A DNA stretch of 64,000 nucleotides from Octopus sinensis (taxonomy: Eukaryota): assembly GCF_006345805.1 (NCBI RefSeq), contig NC_043017.1, forward strand, positions 7,378,001 through 7,442,000. The letters are read 5' to 3'. Positions 25,378 through 39,913 of the stretch are shown here, piece after piece. The position numbers and the translations under genes were made by a program. Position 1 is the first letter of the stretch, and the number at the start of each line of letters is the position of its first letter. The notes beneath the pieces are model-generated. The model did not search any database, had not been told where the DNA came from, and saw only the letters and a list, made by a program, of their open reading frames with translations.

Positions 25378-26757
25378 GATGCTGTGGAAGGTTATGTAGG
25401 GAGGTTTAATTGTAAGGGTGAGTGTAGTTGGAAGGTGCAAGAGGAAGGGAACATGAGAGAAAAACAGATGAGGGTATTGAGGAATCCAAAGGTTATTGAA
25501 GGAAAGAGAAGTTTGGGGTTTGGGTTTGGAGGTAGGCTAGAAAGCAAGAGATGAGAGGGTGTTGAGGTAAGCAGAAAAGCATGGGGACAGTAAAAGAAAA
25601 GGAAGTAGATGAGATGGTGGAAGAGTGTGAGAATGCAGAGAGGGCTGGATGAATGCGGAGAAAGTATTGCGGATAGAGAGGCTGTGGAAGAGAACAGTAA
25701 GAGGAGAGAGGCTGAAGAGTATCATAATAGAAGTGGAGAGAGAGAGAGAGAAAGAGAAGCTAAAAGATGCTGTGGAAAAGGTGGGGGGAAATAGAGTATA
25801 AATGCAGAGAAAGTATTCCAGATAAGGAGGTTGTGGAAAAGAGGTTGGAGGGTACCAAAGAAGGCTGGGGGGTACCTTGGAGGTGGTGGGGAAAAATGTT
25901 GGGACTGAATGTAAAGAAAGCATCCCACGTAGGGAGGTTGTAGAGAGGTGGGGGTGAAGCAAAAGTAGCTGGAGAAACAAAGTCTGAAGGGTATTATATA
26001 AAAAAAGGGGGGGGGGGTAGGTGATGAATGATATGAGAGCAATGAGGTGAAGAGGGGCTGGAAGCAAGAGGGGAATACCAATGAGTACCATAGATATGGA
26101 GGTGGGAGTGGAAATGAGAAGAAGAAAAAAGAGTGACAGCATCTCAGGTGGGGAGACTGGAAAGAAGACAATGAAAAAACGGGAGAGGAAGGCAGGAGAG
26201 TGGGGGGAACAGTGGGTGAAGACACGAAGAGCACCCCAGCCAACAGCACTCCTCCTATTAGCATTTTTCTGCTACTGTTGTCCCCCTCCTCCTACTCTAC
26301 ACACACAAACATATGTATAAACACATCTAGTATATGCCCATGATGATGATGATGATGATGATGATATATGTGTAGATGTATGACTTTCTTCCATGTACTT
26401 GGGCAATAAATAGCTGCTTATCATGCAAAGTCAAGCGAATGACTGCGGTCGTTTTGCCTGACTTTGCCTGACCAGATTAATTCAGTAACTCAATCCTACT
26501 GAATTCAGTAGAAGGCGAGATAGAAGTGGTGGTGCTTATGCCTTTCCTTATGAGAACACAATTGGCAATGGTGGCGGTGGGGGAGATGCAGTTTTACCCA
26601 CTGCTTTATAGTACTCTATAGCTATCTATCTCAACATATGTACCAACACACACACATCTAACTGATGCCGACAAATCTATGTATTTGTGTGTGTATACAT
26701 ACATACATACATACACATATATATGCACATATATGCATATGTGTATATATATATATT

Positions 26758-27513
26758 TGTGTGAAAAAGTGCCACACCCTAGCGGTTGAGGGAACCTGTG
26801 GAAGAGGCAGACCCAGGAAAACCTGGGACGAGGTGGTGAAGCACGACCTTCGAACTTTAGGTCTCACTGAGGAAATGACTAGAGACCGAGACCTCTGGAA
26901 GTGTGCTGTGCGCGAGAAGACCCGGCAGGACAAGTGAGTCCATAACCCGTGGCCTTCTACATGGGATGGAGCCAGCCTACGTATGCATACCTTCCCTTCT
27001 TGGGACACAAAACTCTACTTGTGAAGACGTGATGAGGCAAGTGAGGATCAGAATCGAAATCGATCAATGGAAATTGCGGATGTGCTACCAGTGCCGGTGG
27101 CATGTCAAAACTCTGCTTGTGAAGACCCGTTGAGGCAAGTGACGATCAGAATCGAAATCAATCAATGGAAATTGCAGATGTGTTACCAGTGCCGGTGGCA
27201 TGTAAGAGAACTTTCCGTTTCGCGACCGTTGCCAGCACCGCCCCGTTTCGTGTCCGTTGCCAGCCTCGCCTGGCACATAAAAAGCACCACCGTTCGTGGC
27301 CGTTTGCCAGCTCTGTCTGGCACCAGTGCGGGTGGCACGTAAAAAGCACCCACTACACTCACGGAGTGGTTGGCGTTAGGAAGGGCATCCAGCCGTAGAA
27401 ACACTGCCAGATTTGACTGGGCCTGATGAAGCCTTCTGGCTTCACAGACCCCAGTAGAACCGTCCAACCCATGCTAGCATGGAAAACGGACGCTAAACGA
27501 TGATGATGATGAT
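26758..27513 (+). mobile_element. 5'-truncated RTE-clade LINE (ORF C-terminus plus 3'UTR)
   Basis: VEGTCGRGRPRKTWDEVVKHDLRTLGLTEEMTRDRDLWKCAV matches the RTE C-terminal G.R.RGRP...W.D....D......DR..W motif. Stop at 26935-26937; ends in (GAT)n. Confidence 0.88.
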
Positions 27514-27674
27514 ATATATATATGCACATACCACATATACATACATACATATATATATACACACACACACACACCACTAACTGATGCTGACAAATCTATG
27601 TATTTGTGTGTGTGTGTATACATACAGATGTGCACACACATGTATATATATATGCACACACGCACACATACACA

Positions 27675-27707
<33 letters not shown>

Positions 27708-27803
27708 CACACACACACACAAACTAACTGATGCTGACAAATCTATGTATTTGTGTGTGTGTATACATGCATACATTCACATATATATGCACACAGATGT
27801 GCG

Positions 27804-27837
<34 letters not shown>

Positions 27838-29133
27838 TACATACATACATATATATACAGACACACACACACCTAAACGTGTTTGTGCACACACATAAAT
27901 CATTCCCGTATATTTCTGTGTTTTTTGTTGTTGTGTTCATGAATAACCATGAAAAACCCGATACGTGCTTATGGAAAAGTAAGTTGAGTCCATTGTGTAA
28001 GCATATGAATAAGTATCTCCTTTAATCTATACCAAAGATTAAGATTATTTATACACACACGTGTATGTGCACACACACACACATTTTTGTTTCTTGTTTT
28101 AATCGTAGGACTATCGTAGTGCCATACTGGAGCACTGCCTTGAATGGTTTCAGTGAACAAATCAGCTCCAGTGATTTGTGTTTTCCTTCTTTAAGCTTGG
28201 TACTTATTCTTTCAATCTCTTTACGGGGCCATAAACAAACCAGCACCAGTTGTCAAGTAGTTGTGGGGACAAACATGTGCACACACACACACACACACAC
28301 ACATCTGATGGAATTCCACACAGTTCCCATCTACTAAGTTCACTGACTAGGCCTTGGTCAACCTGGGGCCATAGTTGAAGATCCCTATCCGAAGTGTCAC
28401 ACAGTGGGACTGAACCCAGAACCACGAGGTTATAAGCATGGTCATGTTCGTTTTATGTATACTCATAGTTCTATATTAAAAATTGTCAAACCTTGGAATG
28501 AAGGATCATTTAATACACCCGAATAGAGTTTTGTGTTTATTTTCATGACGAAAGAGTCGACAGTGACTTCGAAGTTTTGGCACAGTGTCTTCCCTTAGAT
28601 AAATGCTACTGAGATGAAGCTTTAACCTCACTCTCAACTTTTTTCCTTGTGTGTGTATGTGTGCATGCATGTGTGTACATGTGTGTGTGTAGGCATATAT
28701 ATATATATGTTTGTATGTATATGTGTATTTTGTATATGTATATATGTATGTATATGTATGTATGTATATGTATATATGTATGTATATGTATATATACATG
28801 TATGTATATGTATATATATATATGTATGTATATATATATATGTATGTATATATATGTATATATATATGTATATATATGTATGTATATATGTATATATATA
28901 TATATATATATTATGTATATATATATGTATATATATGTATGTATATGTATATATATGTATATATGTACTTGTATATATATGTATGTACATCTATGTATAT
29001 AGTTATGTGTGTGTTCACATTTATGAGCCTAATCCTTAAAAGTGCTTGAGGTAAGCTGAGTAAAGTTCATGTGTGTTTGTATGTGTGTGTGTTTATATAA
29101 ATGTTCTTATGCATAACATAGATTCAAACATAC

Positions 29134-29173
<40 letters not shown>

Positions 29174-30877
29174 CTACATATACATGCATACACACAAATT
29201 TATATACAAACATGTTCATATTATAAACTCCTAAACATGTGCACACAAGCAGAAAGTCACATGTATGCATGCATGCATAAATACACACACACACACACTT
29301 TCACGCACGCGTGCACACACACACACACACACACTCACACACACACACACATATCTTAATATAAATTTGAGTGATGTTTCTTTGCCCATTACATCTTTAT
29401 GTTCGTTAACTCCTCCTAGACCATTTGTGCAAGGACAACGAAACTCAAACCAGCAACTTCCCTAATCCCAAGGAATGTCCTAAGGGAGCCTATTTTTTAA
29501 GGGCCGCCTAATTGGAACCCCATTGACCCCCCTATTTTTTACTGCATTTTAAACTAAATACATGGCATTGGTGACCAAATTGGGGCAATGACAATGAATT
29601 TCATACAATGAACTCCCAGGGAGTATCACAAAGAGGTTCAATTTCTGAAGGGCCACTTAAATGGGGCCCCACTGCACTCCCCCCCCCCCCATTTACTTTG
29701 CTCCTTGGCTTATTGATTAAACTATGATCAGCATCAGGGCTTAGCACATTTGCAGAAATAAGTTTCATTACACAAATGTAGAGGGGTGCAAAGTGGACCC
29801 AAAGGCCGCAAAGGCCCCAAAGGTGCCCTCCACAGGAGCTTACCTGAATGCTGTGCAAAGGCTAGTATATATATAAGATATATGTATCTATGTGTACATA
29901 CATGCTTACACATACACATATTTACACAGACGTGTGTGTGTGCATATATATGTATATATCTATATGTGTACATATGTGTATATGTATGTATACGAATATA
30001 TATATGTGTGTGAGTGTATATATATATATATGGGAGAGGAGGGGTGAAAAGAAGGCCTTGTCATTATGTCTGTTGATGTGACCTGTTTCAACTGGGACAT
30101 TGCATGAGCTTACAAATGATCAATTTACATAACAAATGATCCTTTAAGCTGGAAGATAAATACAGGTATCATTATATTAGTACTTTACGTCTGAGGTGTG
30201 AGCTAATAACAACAACAACAACAACAACAATGATAATAATAATAATAATAATAATGATATAAATATAGGTTACCTCCTTAGATAAGATTAGCTGAGTTAA
30301 TGCTTATCCCAGTTAATGAAAATAATAATGAGTTCTCACATTGCTACAAGGTCACATAAATCTGTAAGGAGAGAGGCGCAGTGAATGGCATTGGACTACA
30401 GTACATCGATGGGGTAGAGATGAAAATCTAAGCTGTCTTTGAGAGAATTTGAACTCAGGAATATAGAAGGATATAACTAGACGGCAAGTGAACTGGTAGA
30501 GTCATTAGGGTGTTGGATAAAATTTCACTTGATACTTGTTCCATTCTCTGCGATTTGAGCCCATAATTCTACTGCAGTTGGTTCTGCTTTTTTTTTTTTT
30601 TGTTATATATATACTTTTGCGGGTTGATAATAACGTAGCAATTCAGGATATTAGATTGGTGAAACAGTAACTACATCAATTTGGATACCTTGTGATAGTC
30701 GTTCCAAATCTCTGTGATCTGACTTGAGATCCTGCCATGATTTACTTAATCTCTTTACATCAACAAACATCTAAGGATGGCTGTCCTGAGAACGAAAATT
30801 TTTGTTGCAGTCAGTTGGATCTTCATATGTCAAAACCTACAGGTATTCTGGTGTTATGGTATTGACTAGATCATTAT

Positions 30878-31108
30878 GGCGTGAGCTGGCAGAAACGTTA
30901 GCACGCTGGGCAAAATGCTTAGCGGTATTTCGTCTGTCTTTACGTTCTGAGTTCAAATTCTGCCGAGGTCGACTTTGCCTTTCATCCTTTCTGGGTCGAT
31001 CAATTCAGTACCAGTTACGCACTGGGGGCAACCTAATCGACTTAATACCTTTGTCTGTCCTTGTTTGTCCCCTCTATGTTTAGCCCCTTGTGGGTAGTAA
31101 AGAAATAG
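30878..31108 (+). mobile_element. SINE family B, full length
   Basis: GGCGTGAGCTGGCAGAAACGTTAGC...GAGTTCAAATTCTGCCGAGGTCGACTTTGCCTTTCATCC...GTAAAGAAAT. Confidence 0.85.
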
Positions 31109-31587
31109 GTATTGACTAGATCATCAGATGTTGTTGTACATCATTGATCACTATGCATTTCACATTGTTTTTAGCCTTAGAATTCCCAACATGGTTTGGT
31201 TATAACCATTGTATCTTATGATTGGCTAATGTGCAGAAATCAATCTGCTTAATAGTAATAATGAATGCAGAAAACATAATTTGTATTTTTAAGCTTTATA
31301 TAGCATACACGTGTTTCTGTAAGTCGGTTGTCATTATGTGAGCCAATTGGATCTATCATTTCCTTGCCATTATCTTGGGTATATTTGGGCATGAACATAT
31401 CTCCACATCTTCTTTGCTTATAATACCAAGAAAGTGAATCGATTACTTTGCTTACGTAACAATAACAATTGACTTGTGGAAACATGTGTACGTTCTATAA
31501 AGCTTAAAATACCAATTACAGTTTCTGGGTTTAGTATTACAATGTGTTGGTTACTGCTATCTTTAATTTCTTCACTCAGCTGTGTAT

Positions 31588-31626
<39 letters not shown>

Positions 31627-31968
31627 TTGTTTCCCAACTACTTGGTTCTGGGTCCAGTCCCACCTGGGCCAACAAAACCTTGTGTGTGGATTTAGTAAAT
31701 GGAAACTGAAAGAAGCCCATCATGTACACACACACACATATGTGAGTATGTATTTGTGTTCGATCCCCCCACCACCACTTGACAACTGGTGGTGGTTTGT
31801 TTACATCCTGGTAACTTAGCAGTTTGGCAAAAAGACACAGAATATGTACCAGGCTGAAAATAATAGGTTCTGGGGATGGTCAATTTGTTTGACTAAAACC
31901 CTTTAAGGCTATGTCCCAGCATCGTCACGGTCCAATGACTGAAACAAGTAAAAGTTGAAAGATATATA

Positions 31969-32188
31969 TGAGGGGGTTGCAGAAAAGTTCCTGGTTTTGG
32001 GTAAAAGAAAATACAGGAGAATCAGTTGATTATGATTTTATTCAACTTATTCCCTTCTCAGGTTCACACACTTATTGCAGCAGTCCTTCAGTTTTTCTTA
32101 TCCCTGTATAAGAACTTGGAAGGTTGGGGCCTCCAACCAAGCCTTTCGTGATACCCTTAAAGCTAGGAACCTTTTCAGCATCCCTTTG
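31969..32188. mobile_element. mariner-type MITE
   Basis: TA|TGAGGGGGTTGCAGAAAAGTTCCTGG ... CTAGGAACCTTTTCAGCATCCCTTTG|TA: imperfect TIRs with TA flanks. Confidence 0.7.
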
Positions 32189-32230
32189 TACAGTTAAGTA
32201 AACATACAAATGTAGCACTCAACACAGTTA

Positions 32231-32308
<78 letters not shown>

Positions 32309-32434
32309 ATGTATATATATATATATTATATATATATATGTATGTATATATATATACACATTCATGAAACTGCGTCAGACGTGTGTGTGTGTGTGTGTGC
32401 ACGCGCATGTATATATATGTGTATTTATATATGC

Positions 32435-32466
<32 letters not shown>

Positions 32467-32745
32467 CCATGTGTATGTTTGTATGTATACATATACAATG
32501 TAAACATGGTTAGACAGGCAGTTATATGGTTGTATACACCATGATGTAACCTTTCTCAGCACAGAGGTAGATATAAATCATTTGTACCAATTAGCAGAAC
32601 AATTGAAAGACGAAGCATCACAACACTTTCGAAAAGTAGTGTGTAACCTTTCATTGAGAATCATGTCATAATTCTGTGAATGTTCAACACACTGGATTCT
32701 TGCTCTTCTCATGTGTCCTGCCTTCTCTATCTGTCTGTCTATCTG

Positions 32746-32784
<39 letters not shown>

Positions 32785-35677
32785 CACATATATATATATA
32801 TATATAGATAGATAGATATACATACATACATACAAGAGAGAAGTGTGGGTGGATGTATGTGTGCAGCATGTATGTGTGCAGCATGTATGTGTGCAGCATG
32901 TATGTGTGCAGCATGTATGTGTGCATATATACACACACTTGTGTGTGTATATGTGTGAGTGTGTGTGTGTGTAATTAAGTGCCCTGATTGTTATTTTTCC
33001 TTCTGGATAATTGCTTTGTTTTTCACATTCCACTTAATTTTTTTTTTTTTGAAAGCTGACACTAAGAATTACAAAAAGCATTCGCAAAATAATAATAATA
33101 ATGATAAATTTTAAAAAAAATATAGTTTAAATCATTCCACCCTACCCCAAATATATGTATGTCAATGTATTTATTTGGTTAAATGCTTTGTGTGTGTGTG
33201 TGTGTGTGTGTTTATGTTTCTGCCTTTCATTATTTCTCTCTATCTATTTCAACACCATTATGTTATCTATGTCTTATTGTTTCTCCTTCACACACACATG
33301 TATGTGTATATAAAATATAGGCATGGGTGTGTGGTTAAGGAGCTCACTTTGTAACCATGTGGTCTCAGGTTCAGTCCCAGAATAGCCAGTTCCTAGTGAG
33401 TGAATTTGATAGACAGAAACTGTGAGGAAGCCCTCTGCACATGTGTGTATGTCATGTTTGTGTTTGCTCCTCCCTCGTCTTACTTATTGACAACTGGTGT
33501 TGGTTTGTTTGCATCCTTATAACTCTGCAGTTTGGCCAAAGACACTGATAAAATAAGTAGCTGGCCTTAAAAAGAAATAAGTCCTGGGGTTGATTTGTAG
33601 GACGAAAATCTTCAAGCCACCCCCCTCTCGAGCATGGCTTGTGGTTCAATGATTAAAGCAAGCAAAAGATAGATATGCATATATACAGAAAGAGAGAAAG
33701 AGGCAGCAGCAAGAGAGTGAGAGAGAGTAAGAGAGGGGAGAGAGAGGCAGGCAACAAGAGAAAGAGAGAGAGGAAGAGGGTGGGTGAGGGAGAGAGAGAG
33801 AGGCAGCAAGAGAGAGAGGGTAAGAGTGGAGAGAGAGAGAGAGAGATGTAAAAGAGATGACAAGTGATGTTTTTGAGAAGACTTGCACCTCATCCTATCC
33901 ACAAACACAGCAAAGAGATGCCCACCCTGAGAAAAAAACGGGTGGGGAGAGTAATGATAGCTGCAATGTCCTTGCTGACCTCATCATTTTGTCCCCTGTA
34001 CTTCATTGACACTCTCTCCCACACCTTTCATCTTTCTCTGACCCCTGCCTCCATCAGTGTTCCTCCTCCTTTTCATCATCCTTTCATCCCTTTCTCTACA
34101 CCATTCTAACCCTATTCTTTCATGTTCACTGTTCCTTGTTCTCTGCCCCATATAGCGTGGAACTGTACTGGACTTTGATCTCTCCCTAATCAACACCACC
34201 CCCACCCACCCACCATCGTCATCACTTAACCCTTCTCTCTCTTTCTGTCTCTTACTGTCTGTCTCTTCATCTATTTTCTTTCTCTTTCCTCTCTCCCTTT
34301 CTTTTCTCCCTCTCCTTCACCCTCTCTCCTCCCTCTCCTTCACCCTCTCTCCTCTCCCCTTCTCCAGTCTCCCTTCTCTCATCCTTTCACTCACCCCTCT
34401 CCAACCCCCTCTCTACCTCCACTTCCCACTCTCTTTCTACCTCTCCATCCCTCTGGCGTTCTTCTATCACAAAGCTTTGTGAAATTAAGGGATCTTTCTC
34501 TCAATGTCCCACATCTTAACCATTGCCCCTTTTCTCTCCCCTGGATTCTTATGATTTACATACATCCCCAGTGCTGATGCTATGATCAGATTCACTCAGT
34601 ACACTCTGTAATTAAAATATAAATTCATAAAATACAATAAAATAACTGTTGTCTTGCATGTCAACTGGCAGTTTCACTTTTTTGTGTTGACCTGATAACA
34701 TAGCACTAAGAGGCCCCTTTTGTCATGCTGGGAGTATGACAACCTCTTTAATGCTGGTGCCAAAACAAAATGCTTTTAGTACACTCTGTAGAGTATTTGG
34801 TGTTTGGAAGAGCACCCAGTCATAGAAACTATGCCAGAACTGAAACATGTGAACACAATAGGGTCCTAGTGCAGGACTCCCCTTGACTCTGATGACCCAT
34901 CCAACCCATCCATGCCTGTATGGAAAACAGACACAGCTATGGTTTCAGGTTCAGTCCCCCTGCATGACACCTTGGGCAAATAATGCTTCATAACTACACA
35001 GCCATGTCTATTTTCTCATTACTCCTCAATGCTTAAATACAGACAGTTTTTTCAGGCTGTTGCTTCTATTGTTGTTGTTGTTGCTGCCGTTGCCCCAGGA
35101 TGCTAGTCTTAATCCAGCAAACCAATTTGATGAAAGGCATTCCAGACATGATTAATTTGTCTGTTATTTTCCATCCACCCACCTCGAGGCATATTGTTGT
35201 GTAGGACTACAATACCTTTTGTTTATTAAGGTAGGGCGTTATTTCAGGACATCTGGCTATTATTCCTCCCAGGTTGAGTCTCATGTGACACAAGTGAATG
35301 TAAAGATGCTGTATTCTCTGTTGTGTGGTGCAGGAAAAAGGCAACATGTGGAGCCATGTTGAGGTGAAACCATTTATATCAGACAAAAAAACCTTGTAAT
35401 AATTATTTCCACTCTAGGCTCAAGGCCTTAAAAACTTTTTGGGGAAGGGGGCTAATTGATTACATGGACCCCTAGTTTGAAACTAGTATTTATTTCATCA
35501 ACCCTGAAAGGATGAAAGGTAAAGTTGACCTCAGCAAAATTTGAACTCAGAATGTAGCGGCAGACGAAATACCGCTAAGCATTTTGCCCAGTGTGCTAAC
35601 GATTCTGCCAGCTTGCCGCCTTATAATAATAATAATAATGATGATGATGATGATAGTGATAATAATAATGTGTTTGT

Positions 35678-35859
35678 ATATCAGAATCAGTCTCAAAAAC
35701 ATTATGGTAGCTATTGATGTTTTGATATATTCTGTTCATGTGTTGTAAATGTTTGTGTGTCTATTGGTTATTTCTGTTCCTGTGTTTTATCATGTATCAG
35801 ATAACTTAGATAATATCCCATTTCTCTACATCTTTTGGTTTACATTATTTGGCTTGGAT
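35678..35859 (+). repeat. ~180-bp direct duplication, copy 1 (copy 2 at ~36900-37080)
   Basis: Shared tctcaaaaac..tatggtagctattgatgttttgatatattct...gataacttagataatatcccatttctctacatcttttggttt...ggcttggat. Confidence 0.9.
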
Positions 35860-36364
35860 GCACAAGGCCAGCAATTTTGAGAAGAGGTTGTTTGGTTGAT
35901 ACCTCCAACCCTGAATAATAATTGTTTCATCAGTTGCCAAGTGGAGGCATATGGCTCAGTGGTTAGCACCCAGACTCATGATCGTAAGGTCATAGTTTCA
36001 ATTCTTGGACCAGGTGGTGCATTGTGTTCTTGAACAAAATACTTCATGTTGTTCCACTCTACTCAGCTGCCAAACATGAATATTCCTGCAACGGACCAGC
36101 ATCTCACTTTATGGGCAATATATATATATGACAAGTACTGGGAAAACAGCCCTTAAGAAGGAGCTTTATCCAATTTTTTTATCCCTTATTTGCCACAAGG
36201 AGGATGGTTGCATGGCTATTAATTACAAGTACTAATTACAAAAATTATGAGGGTTTACATAGAATTGATGATGAGAAAACAGGAATGGGAATTAAGATTC
36301 TTCATTTCTGTTTCTTTGTCTCCATGTGCTTCTTGGTCAATCGCAAGCCATTTATGTGTCCCAG

Positions 36365-36640
36365 CTTGTCTTGGAGAATTTCTTCTTGTAATGGACCATT
36401 TCAGGTTGCTTTGACGTATCTCAGGTTGTCTTAGTGTAATTCTGTTTGTCTTGGAGTAACTCTGATTGTCTCAGAATATCTCTTCTTGTCTCAGAATACT
36501 CTTGTTGTTTTAGAGTATTTTTGATTGTCTTGAAGTGTCCCTTTGTTATTTTTGGTAACCTTAGCTGTCTTGGAGTACCTCTTGCTGTCATGGAGTAACT
36601 CTGGCTAACCCAGTATATCTCTGATTGTCTTTGAGAATCA
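36365..36640. repeat. degenerate ~20-bp minisatellite (TTGTCTTGGAGTA...)
   Basis: Recurrent ttgtctt/ttgtctc at roughly 20-bp spacing. Confidence 0.7.
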
Positions 36641-36808
36641 CCCTACTTTGATAGCATTGTAATAAATGATAGCAGAAACCATAACCATTATCTAAATGAA
36701 TGCGTAAACAAATACCAATGTTTATCTCTGACAACTTACTGAAATAACTGTCATTCTAATAGATAGCAATGGTAGCATATACAAAACTAGAATGCCAAAC
36801 CTCATCAC

Positions 36809-36871
<63 letters not shown>

Positions 36872-37084
36872 AATTAAACCACTTCATATTTCCGTTTTGT
36901 ATCAGAATTGGTCTCAAAAACTTTATGGTAGCTATTGATGTTTTGATATATTCTATCCATGTGTTGTAAATGTTTGTGGGTCTGTTGGCTGTTTCTGTTC
37001 CTGTGTTGTATCATGTATCAGATAACTTAGATAATATCCCATTTCTCTACATCTTTTGGTTTATATCATTTGGCTTGGATCTTT

Positions 37085-37556
37085 GATACTGCATCTGTCA
37101 ACTGATATATCTGCCAGTATTTTTCATTTTCCGTTTGCATCTGTTAAATTTGCATCTGTCAGCTTACATCTGACTCTTTGAACCCGTGTTGTTTTCATCC
37201 CTTAGCTTACATCTGTTGCTGCACGTGTTGCTTGCATTTATGTTCACATCCCTCACTTTGCACCTGCTGCATTTGTATGTTTTCAACTGACACTTTGAAC
37301 CTGTGTTGCTTGCTTCTCTTGTTTGCACCAGCCACTGCATCTGTTGCTTGTATTTATGTGTTTACATCTGTCACTTGACACCTGTTGCTTGCATCTGTGA
37401 GCTTACTTTCATCTGTTGGTTTGCATCTGTTTGTTTACATCTGTTTGTTTGTATCTGTTAAAGCATTGATGTCTTCTCATTTGTTCGTCTGCTTTACTTA
37501 GTATTGCATCTGTAATATTTTATTCTGTTTTCGCATCTGTCGGTTCACACCTGATG
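37085..37556. repeat. degenerate short-period repeat built on TGCATCTGT
   Basis: About 16 CATCTG/CACCTG hexamers counted by eye. Confidence 0.75.
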
Positions 37557-38404
37557 CTTTTTACATGGTGGTTTGTATTTGTTGGCTCACATTTGTTGCC
37601 TTATATCTCAACTCTCACATGTACCATGTTGAGCCACATGTGTTACATTACATGACTCACCTGTTATATATAACCTTCCACTTTGTTCTTGCCAAACCAT
37701 GTGCTTCATCAATATCTTTAGTCTCATACTCACACACATACTCTCACCTCCTCACATCACCCATCTAACCATCACACACACATATCCTTGACCTACTGTT
37801 TATCTTAACCTCCTTTTCTCCCCCCCCCCCCCAGTGATGTCTTATAAAGTGACAACAGTTTATGTATGTCTCTTCCTCTCATCGACCTCTCACCAACTTT
37901 CTTACAAAACTTATTCAATATCTTCCTTCTAAAGATCAATAAACATCCAAGAATGTACTTTACCTTACAACTGTTGATTACATTTCTACTTTGGTTGAGC
38001 TGTTGACATTACCATCTCCCCCACCATCACCATCCGCAACTTCTTTAATCATGCTCTACATACTTAGAGACATAAAGAAAGCGGATAAATAAATATAAAA
38101 TGGTGCCATCAGTGATTGAACTAGTACAATAGTAAAATTTCTCTGTTAACCTTTTAATGAATTTCCGTGCATTATTTATCTTTACTTAAACCCTAACCTT
38201 TATTCTCCCATCCATTCTCTGCTGTATGTAGGGGGATGATTAGCAGCCATCTTAATACTTGTTTTTGCCTTCCTCAAATGTTTGCACATGTATAATAATA
38301 CAACTTCCCTTTGTTAAGCTTCCCTTTGTTAAACTTCCCTTTGGTATTCAGATTATTCTGTCAAAAAATAATGCTTATTTATTCACATTGTTTACAATTA
38401 ATCA

Positions 38405-38748
38405 TGTTCAGTCTCACTGCGTGGCATCTTGGGCAAGTGTCTTCTGCTATATCCCCGGGCCGACCAATGCCTTGTGAGTGGATTTGGCAGACGTAAACTG
38501 AAAGAAGCCTGTCGTATATATATATATATGTATGTATGTGTGTGTCTGTGTTTGACCCCATAGCATTGCTTGACAACTGATGCTGGTGTGTTTACGTTCC
38601 CGTAACTTAGCGGTTCGGCAAAATAGACCGATAGAATAAGTACTGGGATTACAAAGAATAAGTCCTGGGGTCGATTTGCTCGACTAAAAAGACGGTGCTC
38701 CAGCATGGCCGCAGTCAAATGACTGAAACAAGTAAAAGAGTAAGAGAG
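38405..38748 (+). mobile_element. family A SINE nested in a family 2 piggyBac-like MITE (38330-38880)
   Basis: The MITE sequence seen at 251-445 is split at 'aatcatg' and resumes 'tatcttgtagct' after the SINE tail. Confidence 0.8.
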
Positions 38749-38899
38749 TATCTTGTAGCTTCAAGATTTTGATGATGTGATTGCTTATCTTTAGAATGAC
38801 ATGGTAGGGCAGGTGTGAGAGGCCAGATTTGGCCAGTTTGAACATAAAACAGGTAGAAAATTTGAGCTGGATTAATATTTGAGCCAGGGATGAACTTCT

Positions 38900-39560
38900 C
38901 TACCTTCTTAATCCTCACTTTAATCTTAACCTTTATTTTCCCTTTCACTCTCTGCTAATTTTTTACTCCAACACTAACAGTCTCCATAATCCCTGTGCTT
39001 GCCTTCATCCTAACCCTCACATTAATCCTCACCCTTAATCTCCCTTTCACATTCTGCTAATTTTCACCCCAATCTTAACCTTTCTCTTTGTGTTCATCCT
39101 AACGCTAACTTGAACTTTCGCCCTTGTCATAAACTTGATGCTAACTCTAGCCTTAATGCTTACCCTAACCTGTACAATAATCACAACCCCTAACCCTAAC
39201 CTTAATTCTAAATCTAACTTTTTTTAACCCAAGTTAAGCGATGCTCTACCCTTTAATCTAAACCTAACTCCGCACTCACCAAATCCCCACAAGAACCTTA
39301 AGCCTCACAGTTTCCTTAACCCTCAGCCTAACTCTAATTGCTCCCTAAGTTAAGCAACGCTCTATCCTTCACCCTAACCATCCACAAAACCCCTAACCCT
39401 AATCTCACTATTCTTCAACTTAACCCCTAACTCTCACTTTCAGCTAACCCTTGTGCTACCCTTCACCCTAACCATAATCCCAATGCTCACCTAATACCCA
39501 GTCTTCACCTTCCCCCATAACCCCAAACTTAAAACCCCACCACCACCACACCTTACTCCT
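38900..39560. repeat. degenerate (CCCTAA)n telomere-like tract
   Basis: Hexamer periodicity such as CCCTAACCCTAACCTTAA. Paralogous tract at ~45160-46050. Confidence 0.7.
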
Positions 39561-39877
39561 TTTATGTGACAATTATTCATTAAAGAGAAGAAAATGCAAT
39601 TTATTTTCTCTAATTTTTGTTCAGTTTTTAATCTCATGAAAGAATGTTCCCTTTATACAGTGTGTGTGTGTGTATTTATTTCTGAAGTTGAGTATGTGAG
39701 CACGTGTGTGTGTGTGATAGTATGTGTGTATTTGTTTCTGAAGTTGTGTGTGTGTGTGTGTGTGTGTGATAGTATGTGTGTTTTTATTTCAGAAGTTGTG
39801 TGTGTGTATGTATGTGTGTGTGTGTGTGTATGTGATATTATGTGTGTATCTATTTCTGAAGATGAGTATGTGAGCAC

Positions 39878-39913
<36 letters not shown>

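Noticed and set aside
25400-26264. 201-aa and 180-aa minus-strand ORFs in a purine-rich tract
   Set aside because: Strand-biased composition suppresses stop codons. It may be an ancient retroelement, but no motif is convincing.
29844-29850. Possible 7-nt minus-strand microexon (gcacag|CATTCAG|gtaagc)
   Set aside because: Splice-like motifs alone are expected by chance, and there is no gene context.
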